The notes under the pieces are model-generated. The model had not been told where the DNA came from. It saw only the letters and a program-made list of their open reading frames with translations, and made no database searches. Made by a program: the position numbers and the translations under genes. Positions 40,058 to 51,504 of a stretch of 64,000 nt of DNA are shown here, piece after piece (position 1 is the stretch's first letter; each line of letters starts with the position of its first letter). The stretch is taken from assembly GCA_038087875.1 (NCBI GenBank), contig CM075982.1:38750001-38814000 (forward strand). Reading direction: 5' to 3'. Source of the stretch: Malacoraja senta. Lineage: Eukaryota.

Positions 40058-40272
40058 GTAGTGTGGAAACAGGCCCTTCCACCCAACTTGTCCATATCAG
40101 CCAACATGTCCCATCTACACTAGTCCCACCTGCCTGCATTTGGCATATATCCCTCTAAACCTGTCCAATTCATGTACCTGTCTAAATGTTTCTTGAACGT
40201 AGTGATAGTCCCTGCCTCAACTACCTCCTCCGGCAGCCCATTCCATATTCCCACCACCCTTTGTGTGAAAAA
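40058..40272 (-). mobile_element. CR1-type 3' end fragment inside the putative 3' UTR
   Basis: gtgtggaaacaggccct...cccaccaccctttgtgtgaaaaa, similar to 36630-36840. Confidence 0.75.
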
Positions 40273-40740
40273 CTAACCGCGCAAACATATAATGTCTGCT
40301 ATTGGCTATAGTTTCTGGGTGTTCCTGCCATTTTATAATGTGCTACTCATATTCATAATAACTTCTGTTCAATCTACTGCTAAGTTTTTAATTCAGCCAT
40401 TAAACCTGCAAAACCAAGCGATATTACAGCAATGAACAGGAACGGCTGTGCAGCTCAACATTGCTCGATGCCTAATGATCCTGGCTTTTGGTATTGGGAA
40501 GCAAGGCACACGCTCTCGCATCAGCTCTGAACAAAACTGTGACTAACCTGTGACCGTTCTGTGGAAAGTCTGTGGGCGAAACTCCCCTCGATCCTTGTCT
40601 TGACCCTGCCGAATGATTTTCCTCATCCTTGTCGTCGCCAATTGATCATTTATTGTCTGGAGGCTCCACTAGGCCCAGTTACAAATCTACTTGAAATTTA
40701 GGTTGCAATTCACCTTCCAGTCTTCAGTAGAGTTTCCTTC

Positions 40741-41087
40741 ACAGGGTAAATAGGGTAAAAAGGGAACATTGTTCTGAATGTACATATTTATTTATGTGTA
40801 ATTTAATGGGTAATGTAAATATGGTGCAACATTGAAACCTTTTAAAAAAAAAAAAGCTTGTTTACCTCTTGTATATAGGGTTGTCTTTCCATTTTCATAT
40901 TATTATGGAGAAGTGTTTCCCTGGTAATGGGTAAGCTGAGATATAAATTCCTTTATCATTCCTGCATAATTACAACAGGAAGTAATGTAAAACAGGGTAT
41001 TTAAATATGTCCAAGGTGCGGTGTGCCTGAAAGTGTGTTCTTCCTCAAGACTCGCCCAACTCTTTGGGAGGGGGCGGAAAGCAATAA
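40741..41087 (+). promoter_or_regulatory. 3' UTR regulatory cluster: two miR-10 8mers, one miR-137 8mer, three Pumilio elements, AU-rich element
   Basis: ACAGGGTA at 40741 and 40992; AGCAATAA at 41080; TGTANATA at 40779, 40814 and 40870; ATTTATTTA at 40786. Confidence 0.65.
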
Positions 41088-41249
41088 TTATTCTCGGTGT
41101 GAGTTGTAAAGTACTTTCTTTCTATAAATCCAGTGGGACAGTTTTTCTTAAAACTCTTGTCAGTGAATTTTAAGCGAATGGATGTCTAGATGCAGCTTCT
41201 GAAATGTGGATTTAGTGTCTGTTCTGTAATATAATGTCAAATCAGAAAG

Positions 41250-41255
41250 AATAAA
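41250..41255 (+). terminator. Candidate distal polyadenylation signal AATAAA
   Basis: Canonical hexamer after the UTR regulatory block; tgttttttccttc about 40 nt downstream. Confidence 0.55.
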
Positions 41256-41843
41256 GATGATATTCTGAATTTAAAGCTGTCTCTGCAACACATCTGTTTT
41301 TTCCTTCAGTAATGTGGTACTGAGAACTGGCTCAGTTCAAAGACTGGTGGGGGGAGATCATGTGAGTGCTGGTTAGAATGCAGAGACCAAGACTATCTGT
41401 ATTGATGGATAGTGGTGAAATGGGAACTTAGTGGCTGCTCCAAAATTAAATCCCTGGGCTTTTGTAGCACTTTGCCTTCCAACCAGCCAAATTCCTGCGT
41501 GAAAGCAATCGGGGTATAACATGGTCTCGGAAGCTCCTGGTTTTGGGAAGGATATGTGTGCAACATGTTCCAACTTTTCCAAATGTTGCATCTATAACGC
41601 TGTTAACTTGCCTGCCTGGGTCACCTTGACTGGTACTCTTACTGCCTGCTCAGCAGAGCTGGTTTAAAACTCAGAACACCAAGTAGGTGATTTTTAACCA
41701 GCTTCCATTTAAAATGGTAACCACTGCCAAAGGTAAATACAGGATCATCTTTGGTAGTGTGGAAAATGATGTTCTAACACCTTCTGCCTTCACATATTAT
41801 CCTTTAGATGAATCAATTAAGCCCCATTTCATTGACATATATG

Positions 41844-43682
41844 CTGAAGGAGGATAAATCCCCTGGGCCTGATGGATTACATCCAAGGGTCTTGAGGGAG
41901 ATAGCGGTGGGGATTGTGGATGCATTGGTGATAATTTTCCAAAACTCCCTGGAGGCAGGAACGGTCCCAGTGGATTGGAAAATGGCCAATGTAACACCTA
42001 TATTTAAAAAAGGAAGTAAACAGAAGGCGGGTAACTATAGACCGGTTAGTCTAACATCGGTGGTGGGTAAAATGTTAGAGACAATTATTAAAGAAACACT
42101 AACGGGGCACTTGGATAAACATGACTTCATCGGACAGAACCAGCATGGTTTTGTGAAGGGGAAGTCCTGTTTAACGAATCTGCTCGAATTCTTTGAGGAA
42201 GTAACAACCCGGGTGGATAAAGGGGAACCGGTGGATGTGGTATACTTGGACTTCCAAAAGGCTTTTGACAAGGTGCCACATAAGAGACTATTGCTAAAAA
42301 TAAAAAATTATGGGATTGGGGGTAATATATTAGCATGGGTAGAGGATTGGCTAACAAATAGGAAGCAGAGAGTGGGGATAAATGGTTCATACTCGGGATG
42401 GCAACCGGTAACTAGCGGGGTTCCGCAAGGGTCGGTGCTGGGACCCCAGTTGTTCACAATTTATATAAATGATTTGGAGGAGGGAACCAAGTGTAATATA
42501 TCAAAATTTGCGGACGATACAAAAATGGGAGGAAAAGTAGGGGATGAGGAGGATAGGAAGAGTCTGCAAAAGGATATAGATAAGCTAGGTGAGTGGGCAA
42601 CAACTTGGCAGATGAAATTTAATACTAATAAATGTGAAGTCATTCACTTTGGGGAAAAAAAATGATAGGGCAAGTTATTTTCTAAATGAGGTGGAGCTGC
42701 GTTGTAATGCAACGCAAAGGGATCTAGGGGTAGTAGTACATGAATCACTAAAAGTTAGTATGCAGGTGCAGCAAGCAATCAGGAAGGCCAATGGAGTTTT
42801 GGCCTTTATTGCTAGGGGGATTGAGTATAAAAACACGGAGGTCTTGCTGCAGCTGTACACAGTATTAGTGAGACCACATTTGGAATACTGTGTACAGTTC
42901 TGGGGTCCATACTTAAGAAAGGATGTACTGGCCCTGGAGGCAGTGCAGCGAAGGTTTACAAGATTAATTCCTGCAATGAGGGGATTGACATATGAGGAAA
43001 GGTTAAGTAGGCTGGAACTCTACTCTTTGGAGTTTAGAAGAATGAGAGGCGATCTCATTGAAACATATAAGATCGTGAGGGGCCTTGATCGGGTGGATGC
43101 ACCGAGGATGTTCCCAATGATCGGGGAAACTAGAACTAGGGGACATAGTTGTAGAATAAGAGGGGGCTCTTTTAAAACTGAGATGAGGAAGAACTTCTTC
43201 ACCCAGAGGGTGGTTAATTTATGGAATTCACTGCCCCAGGGAGCAGTGGAAGCAGAAACATTAAATATATTTAAGTCTAAAATAGATGGTTTTTTAGCTG
43301 CCAAGGGGATAAGGGGCTACGGGGAGAGGGCAGGGATATGGACCTAGGTATGGTTAGTATAGTAAGACCTGAGTGATCTCCTGGACAAGTGTCGATCGCC
43401 TGGATTGGGGTCGGAGAGGAATTTCCCGGATTTTTTTCCCGAATTGGACCTGGGTTTTTATCCGTTTTTTTGCCTCCCCCAGGAGATCACGTGGTTCTTG
43501 GGGTGGAGAGGGGTGATAGCGATATAAAGGGGAGGGTAGTGTCTTGTGTTCTGTGTCTTGTGTCTACTGTTTGTGGGTAAGGGTGTCTGTTTAGTGTTCA
43601 GCCATGAGCGAATGGCGGTGCGGGCTCGATGGGCCTGGTGGTCTACTCTCGCACCTACTTTCTATGTTTCTATGTTTCTATG
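41844..43682 (+). mobile_element. Young 5'-truncated CR1 LINE: about 500 codons of ORF2 (RT and C-terminus), one frameshift, 3' UTR and (TTTCTATG)3 tail
   Basis: ORFs 41808-42665 (KSPGPDG, NYRPVSLTS, DFQKAFD, GVPQGSVLGP, FADD) and 42634-43347 join if 1 nt is removed from G4A8 at 42651-42662. Confidence 0.95.
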
Positions 43683-44569
43683 CTTGCCAGTACACCCTGC
43701 AACAGCTAATCATTTGCAAACTGTTCTCGGGAATGTAACCGGCTATGACTCAACTCCGAGACGTCATTGAAAGAGTCAATGACTGATTCATCTTTGCATG
43801 TCGAAACTTGAAAGTTGTGTGTGTGTGTGTAATAGAATGTAATAGACAAGGCCCCATTGCATTTGGGAGGGTTGTTGGTGAATTAACTCTAATGGATTTT
43901 GACCCAGTGTTGATGAAGCAATATATTTCAGTTCTGGTTAATAGTGATCTGCTAGATGTTCATAATGAGCTATTTGGTGAATGTAACATTACAGAGCGTC
44001 TTGATACAAAGACACAATTTATAACATTCTGGACAGATAATTAGCATTTCCAGTAATGTTTTGCATTATTTTCCAGATAAGGATTCTGCTTTTCCCACTT
44101 GCATCTTTGCACTGGCCATTTTGTTGTTTTATTTGTCTCATTACCGCTCTCTTTCGCCTTCAATGTCACCTCACATTTCATCTTTTCTGTTCTTCACCCC
44201 ACTGCAAAACCTCCCATTCATTTTCCACACCCTTTCTCTTTCTTTGCAACCTAAAACCAATTTATTTCTTGATTTTCCCAGTGTTGGAAATATTTACCAT
44301 TTCCTCTCTATCTGATGTGTTATTCCACTTTTCTCCTGTTGTTTCTAATTAACTTCTCACCTTTGACCTCCGCTTAGTCTTTTTTTTATACGGGAACGTT
44401 TCCAAAGTTTAGACGGTTGGCTAATTGATCTAATCAAGATGTTTTAAATGTATGCTTCAATATGCAGTATATAATGGAAAAATGTATTTCCTCTGATGCC
44501 AGAGGTTATAAAATGTTAAGAGCTGGGCCAATCATGACATTTCACGCAGCACTGGAAGAACACAGAATT

Positions 44570-45010
44570 TACCATCAGTGTGTGGTTCAATGGTGCGTTA
44601 TTGTCACGTATGCAAAGTGCAAACGCACAGCAATTATTTTTTTTACAGTCCAGTAGATGATCCCTCCCAATTATCACATTGTACAGAAATAGTCTACTGA
44701 GTCTGCATGCAAGAGGCGTCATGTTTTGGTGCCATTTTCCAAGCTACGCTCCAGTTGTTAAGAATGGTGCCTGATTCAGGCAGGCTCCAGGCAGCTACAG
44801 GGCCTCCAACCGTCGCCTTCCTCCTTCGACCAGCAACTGATGTCCTCTCCTCGCCCGTCCTCCTTGGTTCCCTGGGGAGCCACCCGCAGCTGACCTCGAG
44901 GGCATGTTAGGCCAGACTCTGGTTTCCTCTCCTGTCATTCCGGTCTCTCTCCTCTCCCATCACGTCTGTCGTCGTTACCGATTCCATCCTCCCGTTACCT
45001 GCTGTTACTT
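44570..45010 (-). mobile_element. Unclassified SINE-like repeat; a second copy lies at about 29340-29685 (+)
   Basis: caggcagctacagggcctcc...tcgaccagc matches the reverse complement of gctggtcga...ggaggccctgtagcagcctg. Confidence 0.6.
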
Positions 45011-46041
45011 GCCGCTCACTTGCTGCCAAGCACTTGTATGCCTCGTTTGCAGAATCAGTCCCTCAACCCATTGGGGAGAGCCCATGGAGTATAGATGCTA
45101 TGGATGTAAACCCCACCAGTAACAAGCCCCCACACACAAGTACACTGACTGACTATGTGGACTGCAGGCTGAACCACTCTCCCAGCTCACCCGGATGTAC
45201 AAAAACATTGATCTCTAAGGGTTTTCAGTAACAAACATTTGAAAGCCATTAGAAGTTGCTCAATGATTATATTTTTAAATCTTGTAAACAAAAATGGTAT
45301 TCAGCATCCAATTTAATCCTCATGTGCTGTCTGACTGTGAATTCCTCACTTGGCCACCACATATTTTCGAGTGGGAGTCATTGTATAAAAAAATCACAAG
45401 CGGGAATGATGTCCAACCTTTGGTTTCCTCCTTCCTCTGGCCAGTTATGGTGTCCTCTTGCCCTTCTGCCTGACATCTGCATAGGCCACTGAAGTGGTTG
45501 AACTACATGAACTAAAGAGGAGATTTTGTCTTTTGAATCCCCATGAGCCGATGACCCTGTTTAGAATTGATGCGGAATTCCCTCTGCCCCCACCCCTCCC
45601 ATCCCTGCTCCAGTCCCCTCCATCCATAAGGTGACCAGATGGCATGGAAGCCGCTTAACTCTTCGGATGTAACTAATTTGCAAAGCTCAATGGGAGGCAA
45701 AGCCACAACCAGATCAGCAGGAAGCCTGGCCTTGTGGTTTAGGAGTGACCTCCTGTGCGGAAATGATATCACTCACTAAAAGTCTGGAAAGGCTGGGCCT
45801 CTTCCTCCAGAAGAAGCTGATGGGGGCTTTAGATGAGCTTATAAATAACTGAGAAATCAGACCTTAATAAGATACTTCTAGCTGAAGGATAAATAAAATG
45901 AAGGGCAGTAAATATGTGAGTTAAACTTTAATGAATTATGTTTTATGAAGTGGTGATTGGAATAATAAACAGGCTACTGCACAGTCCAGTTAAATCCCAG
46001 AAATGCGATAGCGCAGATTGTGGGTGTTTGGTGCTCCGAGC

Positions 46042-46350
46042 TGGCACAGTGGTGGCACAGTGGGGATGGCAGTAGAGTTGCTGCCTTACAGTGCCAGAGA
46101 CCTGGGTTCGATCCTGACTACGGGTGCTTTCTCTATGGAGTTTCTACGTTCTCCCTGTGACAACATGGGTTTTCTCCGGGTGCTCCAGTTTCCTCCCACA
46201 CTCCAAAGATGTGCAGGTTTGTAGGTTAATTGGCTTCTGTAAATTGTCCCTAGTGTGTAGGATAGAACTGGTGCATGGGGATCGTTGGTCGGCGTGCACT
46301 CGGTAGATCAAAGGGCCTTGTTTTGGATGATGTACCTCTAAGCTAAACCA
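46042..46350 (+). mobile_element. HE1/V-SINE
   Basis: tRNA head, V-domain, ctctaagctaaacc tail. Confidence 0.88.
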
Positions 46351-46399
46351 AAGCCTCTGCAGTCTCCTGATAATTTTTCCCATGGATCACTGATTCACC

Positions 46400-48200
46400 T
46401 AATGACTTGGATGTACAGGTATCAATTTCTAAGGTTTGTTGATGACACAAAATTTAGAGACATGAAATATGAGGAGGTCTCAAGGAGTTAAGGACAGAGG
46501 TGGTGCATGACATTTAATGTGAAGTGTGACATTTTTGCAGGACGAACAGGTGGCAATATAAACTAGATTGCACAACTCTAAAAAAGTAGACACAAGAAAC
46601 TGCAGATGCTGGAATCTTGAGCTAAACATAAGGTGCTGGAGGAACTCAGCAGGTCAAGCAGTACCTGGAAAGAATGGACTGTTGACATTTCAGGTCGGGG
46701 CCCTTCTTCAGACTGGAATTTGAAGAAGTCCCAACTTGAAACTGTGCCTGTTCATTCCCTCCACAGACAATGCCTGACCAGCTGAGTTCTTCCAGCACTG
46801 TGTTTAGCTCTAAAAGGAATACAAGAACAGAGAGATCTGAGTAGATATGTTCGTAGGCAGGTTGAAATACTGGTTTAAAAGAGGCATATGGATCTTGGGC
46901 TTTATAAATAAACAGAAATGAAGGTAATCATGAGTAACCTTAATAAAATACTATCTTAGCCACAGCTGGGTAACTACGTCCAATTCTGGGTGCTGCACTT
47001 TAGGAAGGATTAAAGAAGATCCAGAGGTCTGTTTAAATTGATTCCAGGAATGAGGCACTTCAGTTACATGGCTAGACGGGAAAAGATGGAATTGGCCTGC
47101 CATGAGCAATGATAATGGTAGTTAAACTCATCAAGAGTATAGGTATAGAGTGAAACTGTTTCTACTGATGGAGGTGTTGTGAACTAAGAGATACGATAAA
47201 GGTGATCGGCAGATAGTCTGAAAATTAACAAGAGGTAATATCTTTTTATTGATTGAGTAGTTAGAATCAGGAATGCAGTGCTGAATTTGTTATGCAGACA
47301 GATTGCATTGAGGTGCGTGAAACTCTATTTCTGAGTGTACCTGACGATCACGCGTCTGAAAACCATGAATTACTCAAGGTTTATCTTTTTTTTAAATTAG
47401 TCAATGCAACATCATCCAAATTTGCCCTGAGTGAGCTGGATAATAATTTGAAAGGAAGCAATGGGAGGGGGTGCAGATACGTGGCTAGCTGGAATACTCT
47501 TAGAGTAGGTATAGATATAAAGGACTGAATGGCCTCTTATGTTGTAGGCAGTGTGTGAAACTGCAATTGGAAATTCCCTCCTAACACCCACCCCCCCTCT
47601 CCCCACCCCTCCACAGGGCACGTGTGATAGTGATAGGATTATGCGCAACTTGTTTGGATGGGTGCATCTCCAACGACACCAAAGTAGCTCATTAATATCA
47701 AAGATTAAGCTCGGCTTGGTTGGAAATCTTCTCTCCTTCCATCATAGATTCTCTGCTGCTGGAGCAAGTAGGTTAATGAAGGCAACATCAAAGATGTAGT
47801 CAATATGGACTTCAAGGCTTTTGTCATTATTTCAACAATTTGGATGAGAATGATCAAGGCATAATTAGTAAGTTTGCTGATGGCAACAAAATAGGCGGCA
47901 TTGTAGAGCGTGCAGATACTTATCAGGAATTGCAGTGGGACTTGATCAGTGGGCAAGTGGGCCGAGGAATGGCAAATGGGGTTCAATTTAGATTAGTCAG
48001 GTGTTAAATTTTTGTAAGTCAAATCAGGACAGAACTTTCACATTGAATGTAAGACCTTTGGGAATGTTGTAGGACAGAGGGATCTTGGCGTGATAGATTG
48101 AGAGTTTTAGAAGGCTTTTGGTGTGTTGTCCATCATCAATTAGGGAGTTGAGTATACAAGCTAGACTTTCTGCTACAGTTGTGCAAGATTTAGTGAGGCT
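46400..48200 (+). mobile_element. Old CR1 remnants containing a Penelope-derived fold-back insertion at 46584-46807
   Basis: tttgttgatgacacaaaa and tttgctgatggcaacaaaa (FADD-like motifs). TSD ctctaaaa at 46576-46583 and 46808-46815. Confidence 0.72.
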
Positions 48201-48239
48201 GCAATCATCAAATTCTCTCAAGTATCTCAAGTTGGGATT

Positions 48240-48740
48240 ACTGTCAGATTCACATGTACAATGAGGTACAGGTACAATGAAAACCTTGCTTGTAGCAGCA
48301 TCACAATCGATGATTAAGACCACAGACAAAAACATAAATTCTGCAAGGCTGTGGAAAGTGCATCAAACAAGACATTAGTACAACACACCATTAGAAAAGA
48401 CAAGATCATGGTATTGTACAGGATGGTCTGTTGCTGAGATAGGATTAAGGTTGTGCTGGCAAGTTCAAGAACCTGAGAGGCATAGGATAGAAGCTGTTTT
48501 TGAACCTGGTCGTGTGGGATTTCAGGTGTATGTACCTCCTGCCCAATGGTAGCAGTGAGAAGAGGGAATATCCCAGATGTTGGGCATCCTTGATGAGAGG
48601 TGTCTCCTTCATGTAAATGCTGTCAATAGTAGAGAGGGCTGTGCCTGCGATGGACTGTACTGGATTCACCGATCTTTGCAGCCTCTTGAATTTTTGGGCA
48701 TTTGAATTGCCATACCAGGCCATGATGCAACCTGTGAAGG
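48240..48740 (-). mobile_element. Rex1/Babar-type LINE 3' fragment
   Basis: ORF 48445-48723 AWYGN...KRLQR...LFSLLPLGRRY...TTRFKNSFYP. Confidence 0.8.
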
Positions 48741-49504
48741 CTATTGAGCTGGTGACTTGTGGCAGAGTTGTGTCACTTGATACTGAATCTGTTGGGGGAG
48801 GGAGGGTGAATGAGACACCCTTTTAATGGCACCATCATGTGGCCTGAAACTCATCCTAAATTCAAACATTACATTGGGTGTCAAATAGTCCAGTTCACCG
48901 CGAATGGTTGGGATCGCAACACATTGGAGCAAAGACAATGGTGGCAGCCTGAGGTAAGTTTGGTTGAAGAAATACTTACTCTTGTAGACGTACAACTTAG
49001 TGGATGGATTGAGGGAGGTGGTGGTGAGGTGTAGCTTGGTGTCGTCAGTGTGCTTGCAGACGCTGGCAGCTTCCTAGATACGTGGCTCTGCAAGACGACA
49101 ATCCTGATACTGTGTCTGTTCGACATGTATCTGCTCTGCTCAATTGGCAGTGTGGAAACGCCAGCACCCCTGCCCCAGGCTGAACATATGTTGCATCCCC
49201 AGAAACATCAGCAGGCGTCTGTCGCCAATAACAGCACATGTACCCACTAGACCAGGAGCTAGCTGCATGTTGGATTGATCTGGGGGTGCTGGTAAGTGGG
49301 TGAATGAGTGAAGCGTACCAACTAAACCACAAGGTAGCAGGGCAGCCCGGGAGCTATGGACTTTGTACATTGGTAACCTGTTTACAGTCTCAGGTAGTGT
49401 CCATTGCCAATGCAATTAAACCAAAGGGAGGTGTAGAAAAGGCTCCTAATTCAACAGCACCCATGATATGTTCCAGGGAAAAGAAAAATCCGGTGCGAGA
49501 AATA

Positions 49505-50505
49505 AGATGGAGACACAAGATGGTGGAATCTTGAGCAAAATACAGAGTGCTGGAGGAACTCAGTGGGCCCGGCAGCATCTCTGCAGCAAAGGGTCAGACA
49601 ATGCCTCGGGAACCTTCAAATTGATGGAGGGGAGGGGAAAGCTGGAAACAAAGGGTGGTGATAAGTGGCTGGGGGGGGGGGGGGGGAGGGAGGTGTTGCT
49701 GATCAGCAATGGGCAAAGAAGGCTCGAAAAGAAAAAGAGACAAAAGTGTCAGTTACGGAGAGAAGAGGAGGTAAGAAATGAAAAAGGGAGGGAAAGGGAT
49801 AAATGGGAACTGTGGGACTCGGGGATAGGAGATGAGCGTATGAAGGAGGGGAAAGGAGCAGGGTGGTTGGAGTGGTGGGAGAAAAGTGTGTGCATCATGG
49901 TGGGGGGGGGGGCATGGGAAAGAGAAGGGATTAAGGGTGATGTAGGAATTGGAGAATTCAATGTTCATACCTGTTGGGTTGTAGGCTACATAAGCAGGAT
50001 ATGAAGTGCTGCACTACCAGTTTGCTTGTGCCTTCACTCTGGCAATGGTGGAAGCAAGGTCAGAAACGTTGGTATGAGAATGGAAAGTGACATTAAAATA
50101 ATTGGCAACCAGGAGTGCCAGCAGGCCTTGGTTGACAGAGTGCAAGTGTTGGGCGAAATGGTCTACGTTTGGTCTTGGGAGACTAGATCAGGAGATCCAA
50201 ATCAGTTGATGAGTTTGGGAGAGGTGCATGTGAAGGGCTGCCGGGGTCTCTGGATGGAGGTGAGGGAGGAAGTGGAAAGGTGCAGGATAAAGAAGAGGCA
50301 ATTGGCTGAGAAATTGAACATTTCTGAAATTGTGAGGAAGGTCTCGCTTGTAATTCAGAAGGGACTGGATGAGAAAGGGGACAAGATAGAATGGAGGTAT
50401 TTGAAGATGTGTTATGTGGGATAGAAGCAGGTAGAAACAATGGGTCTGCCAGGGCAGTCCTACTTGTGGACTGGCAAGGAGATAGAAGGCTGTCCAGGTA
50501 CATTT
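49505..50505 (-). mobile_element. Internally deleted Penelope-like element (RT N-terminal motif, linker, GIY-YIG C-terminus, 3' UTR)
   Basis: Manual minus-strand reading across frameshifts gives AFYLL..HK.DCPGRPIVS, then FTCTSP.LI, then DHFAQHLHSVNQG...VANYFN...SLQPN.MNIEFSN. Confidence 0.8.
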
Positions 50506-50509
50506 ACTG

Positions 50510-51100
50510 GAAGACTGCACCTCACATTCGCTTTGGTAGCTTAGCCCGATAATATGAAAATTAACTTCTCCAATTTCAAATAGTATCCTTACCTCCCCGC
50601 TCTCTTTCCCCTGCCCTCCTCCCCCCCACCCAGCTCATACACATTTCTCATGCCGTTTCTTACCACTTCATTCAACCTGCTCCTTTCCCCTCCTTTGCAC
50701 ACTCATCTCCCATCCCCGGTTCCCATTTATCTCTCCCTCTTCCCCCTTCCCCCTTCCCCCCTGTGTGCGTTCAACCCTATCCCTCTCTCCAGCTTTGCAT
50801 TTCACTCCTCTTCTTTCCGTATCTGACACTCTTTTGTCTCCTTTTCACCTCTAGCCTTTGCCACTAACTGCACCCATCTGCCGATTGCCCTCTCCCTCAC
50901 TTGTATCCACCTGTCATTTGCCAGGCTTTGTCTCACTCCCACCATCCTTTTCCAACTTTCTCTCCCCTACTCCAATCAGTCTGACGATGCCCAAAACATT
51001 GTCTATCCATGTCCTCAACAGGTGCTACCTGACCTGCTGAGTTCCACCAGCACTTTGTATTTTGTTCAAGATTCCAGACTCTGCAGTCTCTTGTGTCTCT
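50510..51100 (+). mobile_element. Penelope-like terminal repeat, inverted relative to 49505-50505
   Basis: cacctcacattcgctttggtagcttag...atgaaaattaacttctccaatttcaaatag (ORF end), a CT-rich UTR, and a decayed core cagtctgacgatgcccaaaacatt at about 50977. Confidence 0.78.
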
Positions 51101-51504
51101 CTTAAAAAATATGTGTTGTTTCTTCTGTATATATGTGTACATTACATTTACAATCAAATGTAAATCAGATGTAAACAAATACTGTGCCAAGCACACAGTG
51201 CCAGCTTTATTTTTAACTAACATCTGTCTTTCTGACAATCCGCGTTGAACGGAAGTGCTGAATTCAGTGTCTAAGTGGAGTATCCTCAAGCTGTTTCCCT
51301 GGAGGCCAGTCAGAGGCAAAGATAGGATTCAAAAGCAAGCACTCTTGCTGAGGAGGTGGCTACCTTTAAACCATCTAATGGGGTGGACAATCCCGCCCAC
51401 CTTACAGCGGGTGGGCGACTAAACTCACCCCTCTCCCAAAATTGCTGCTGCCCCTATCTCTAGAGAGGTCTATGTAACATCAGCTGAGTCCTTCCTTTCC
51501 TGGT

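Larger units (their letters stand above)
38423..41280 (+). other. Putative 3' UTR of TFAP2C (about 2.85 kb)
   Basis: TE-poor sequence after the stop, an AU-rich block at 40740-41090, and AATAAA at 41250-41255 followed by a U-rich tract. The end position is inferred. Confidence 0.6.

Noticed and set aside
41808-43347. Host protein-coding gene or programmed frameshift
   Set aside because: It is a 5'-truncated CR1 ORF2 with no endonuclease or promoter. The frameshift lies in a homopolymer.
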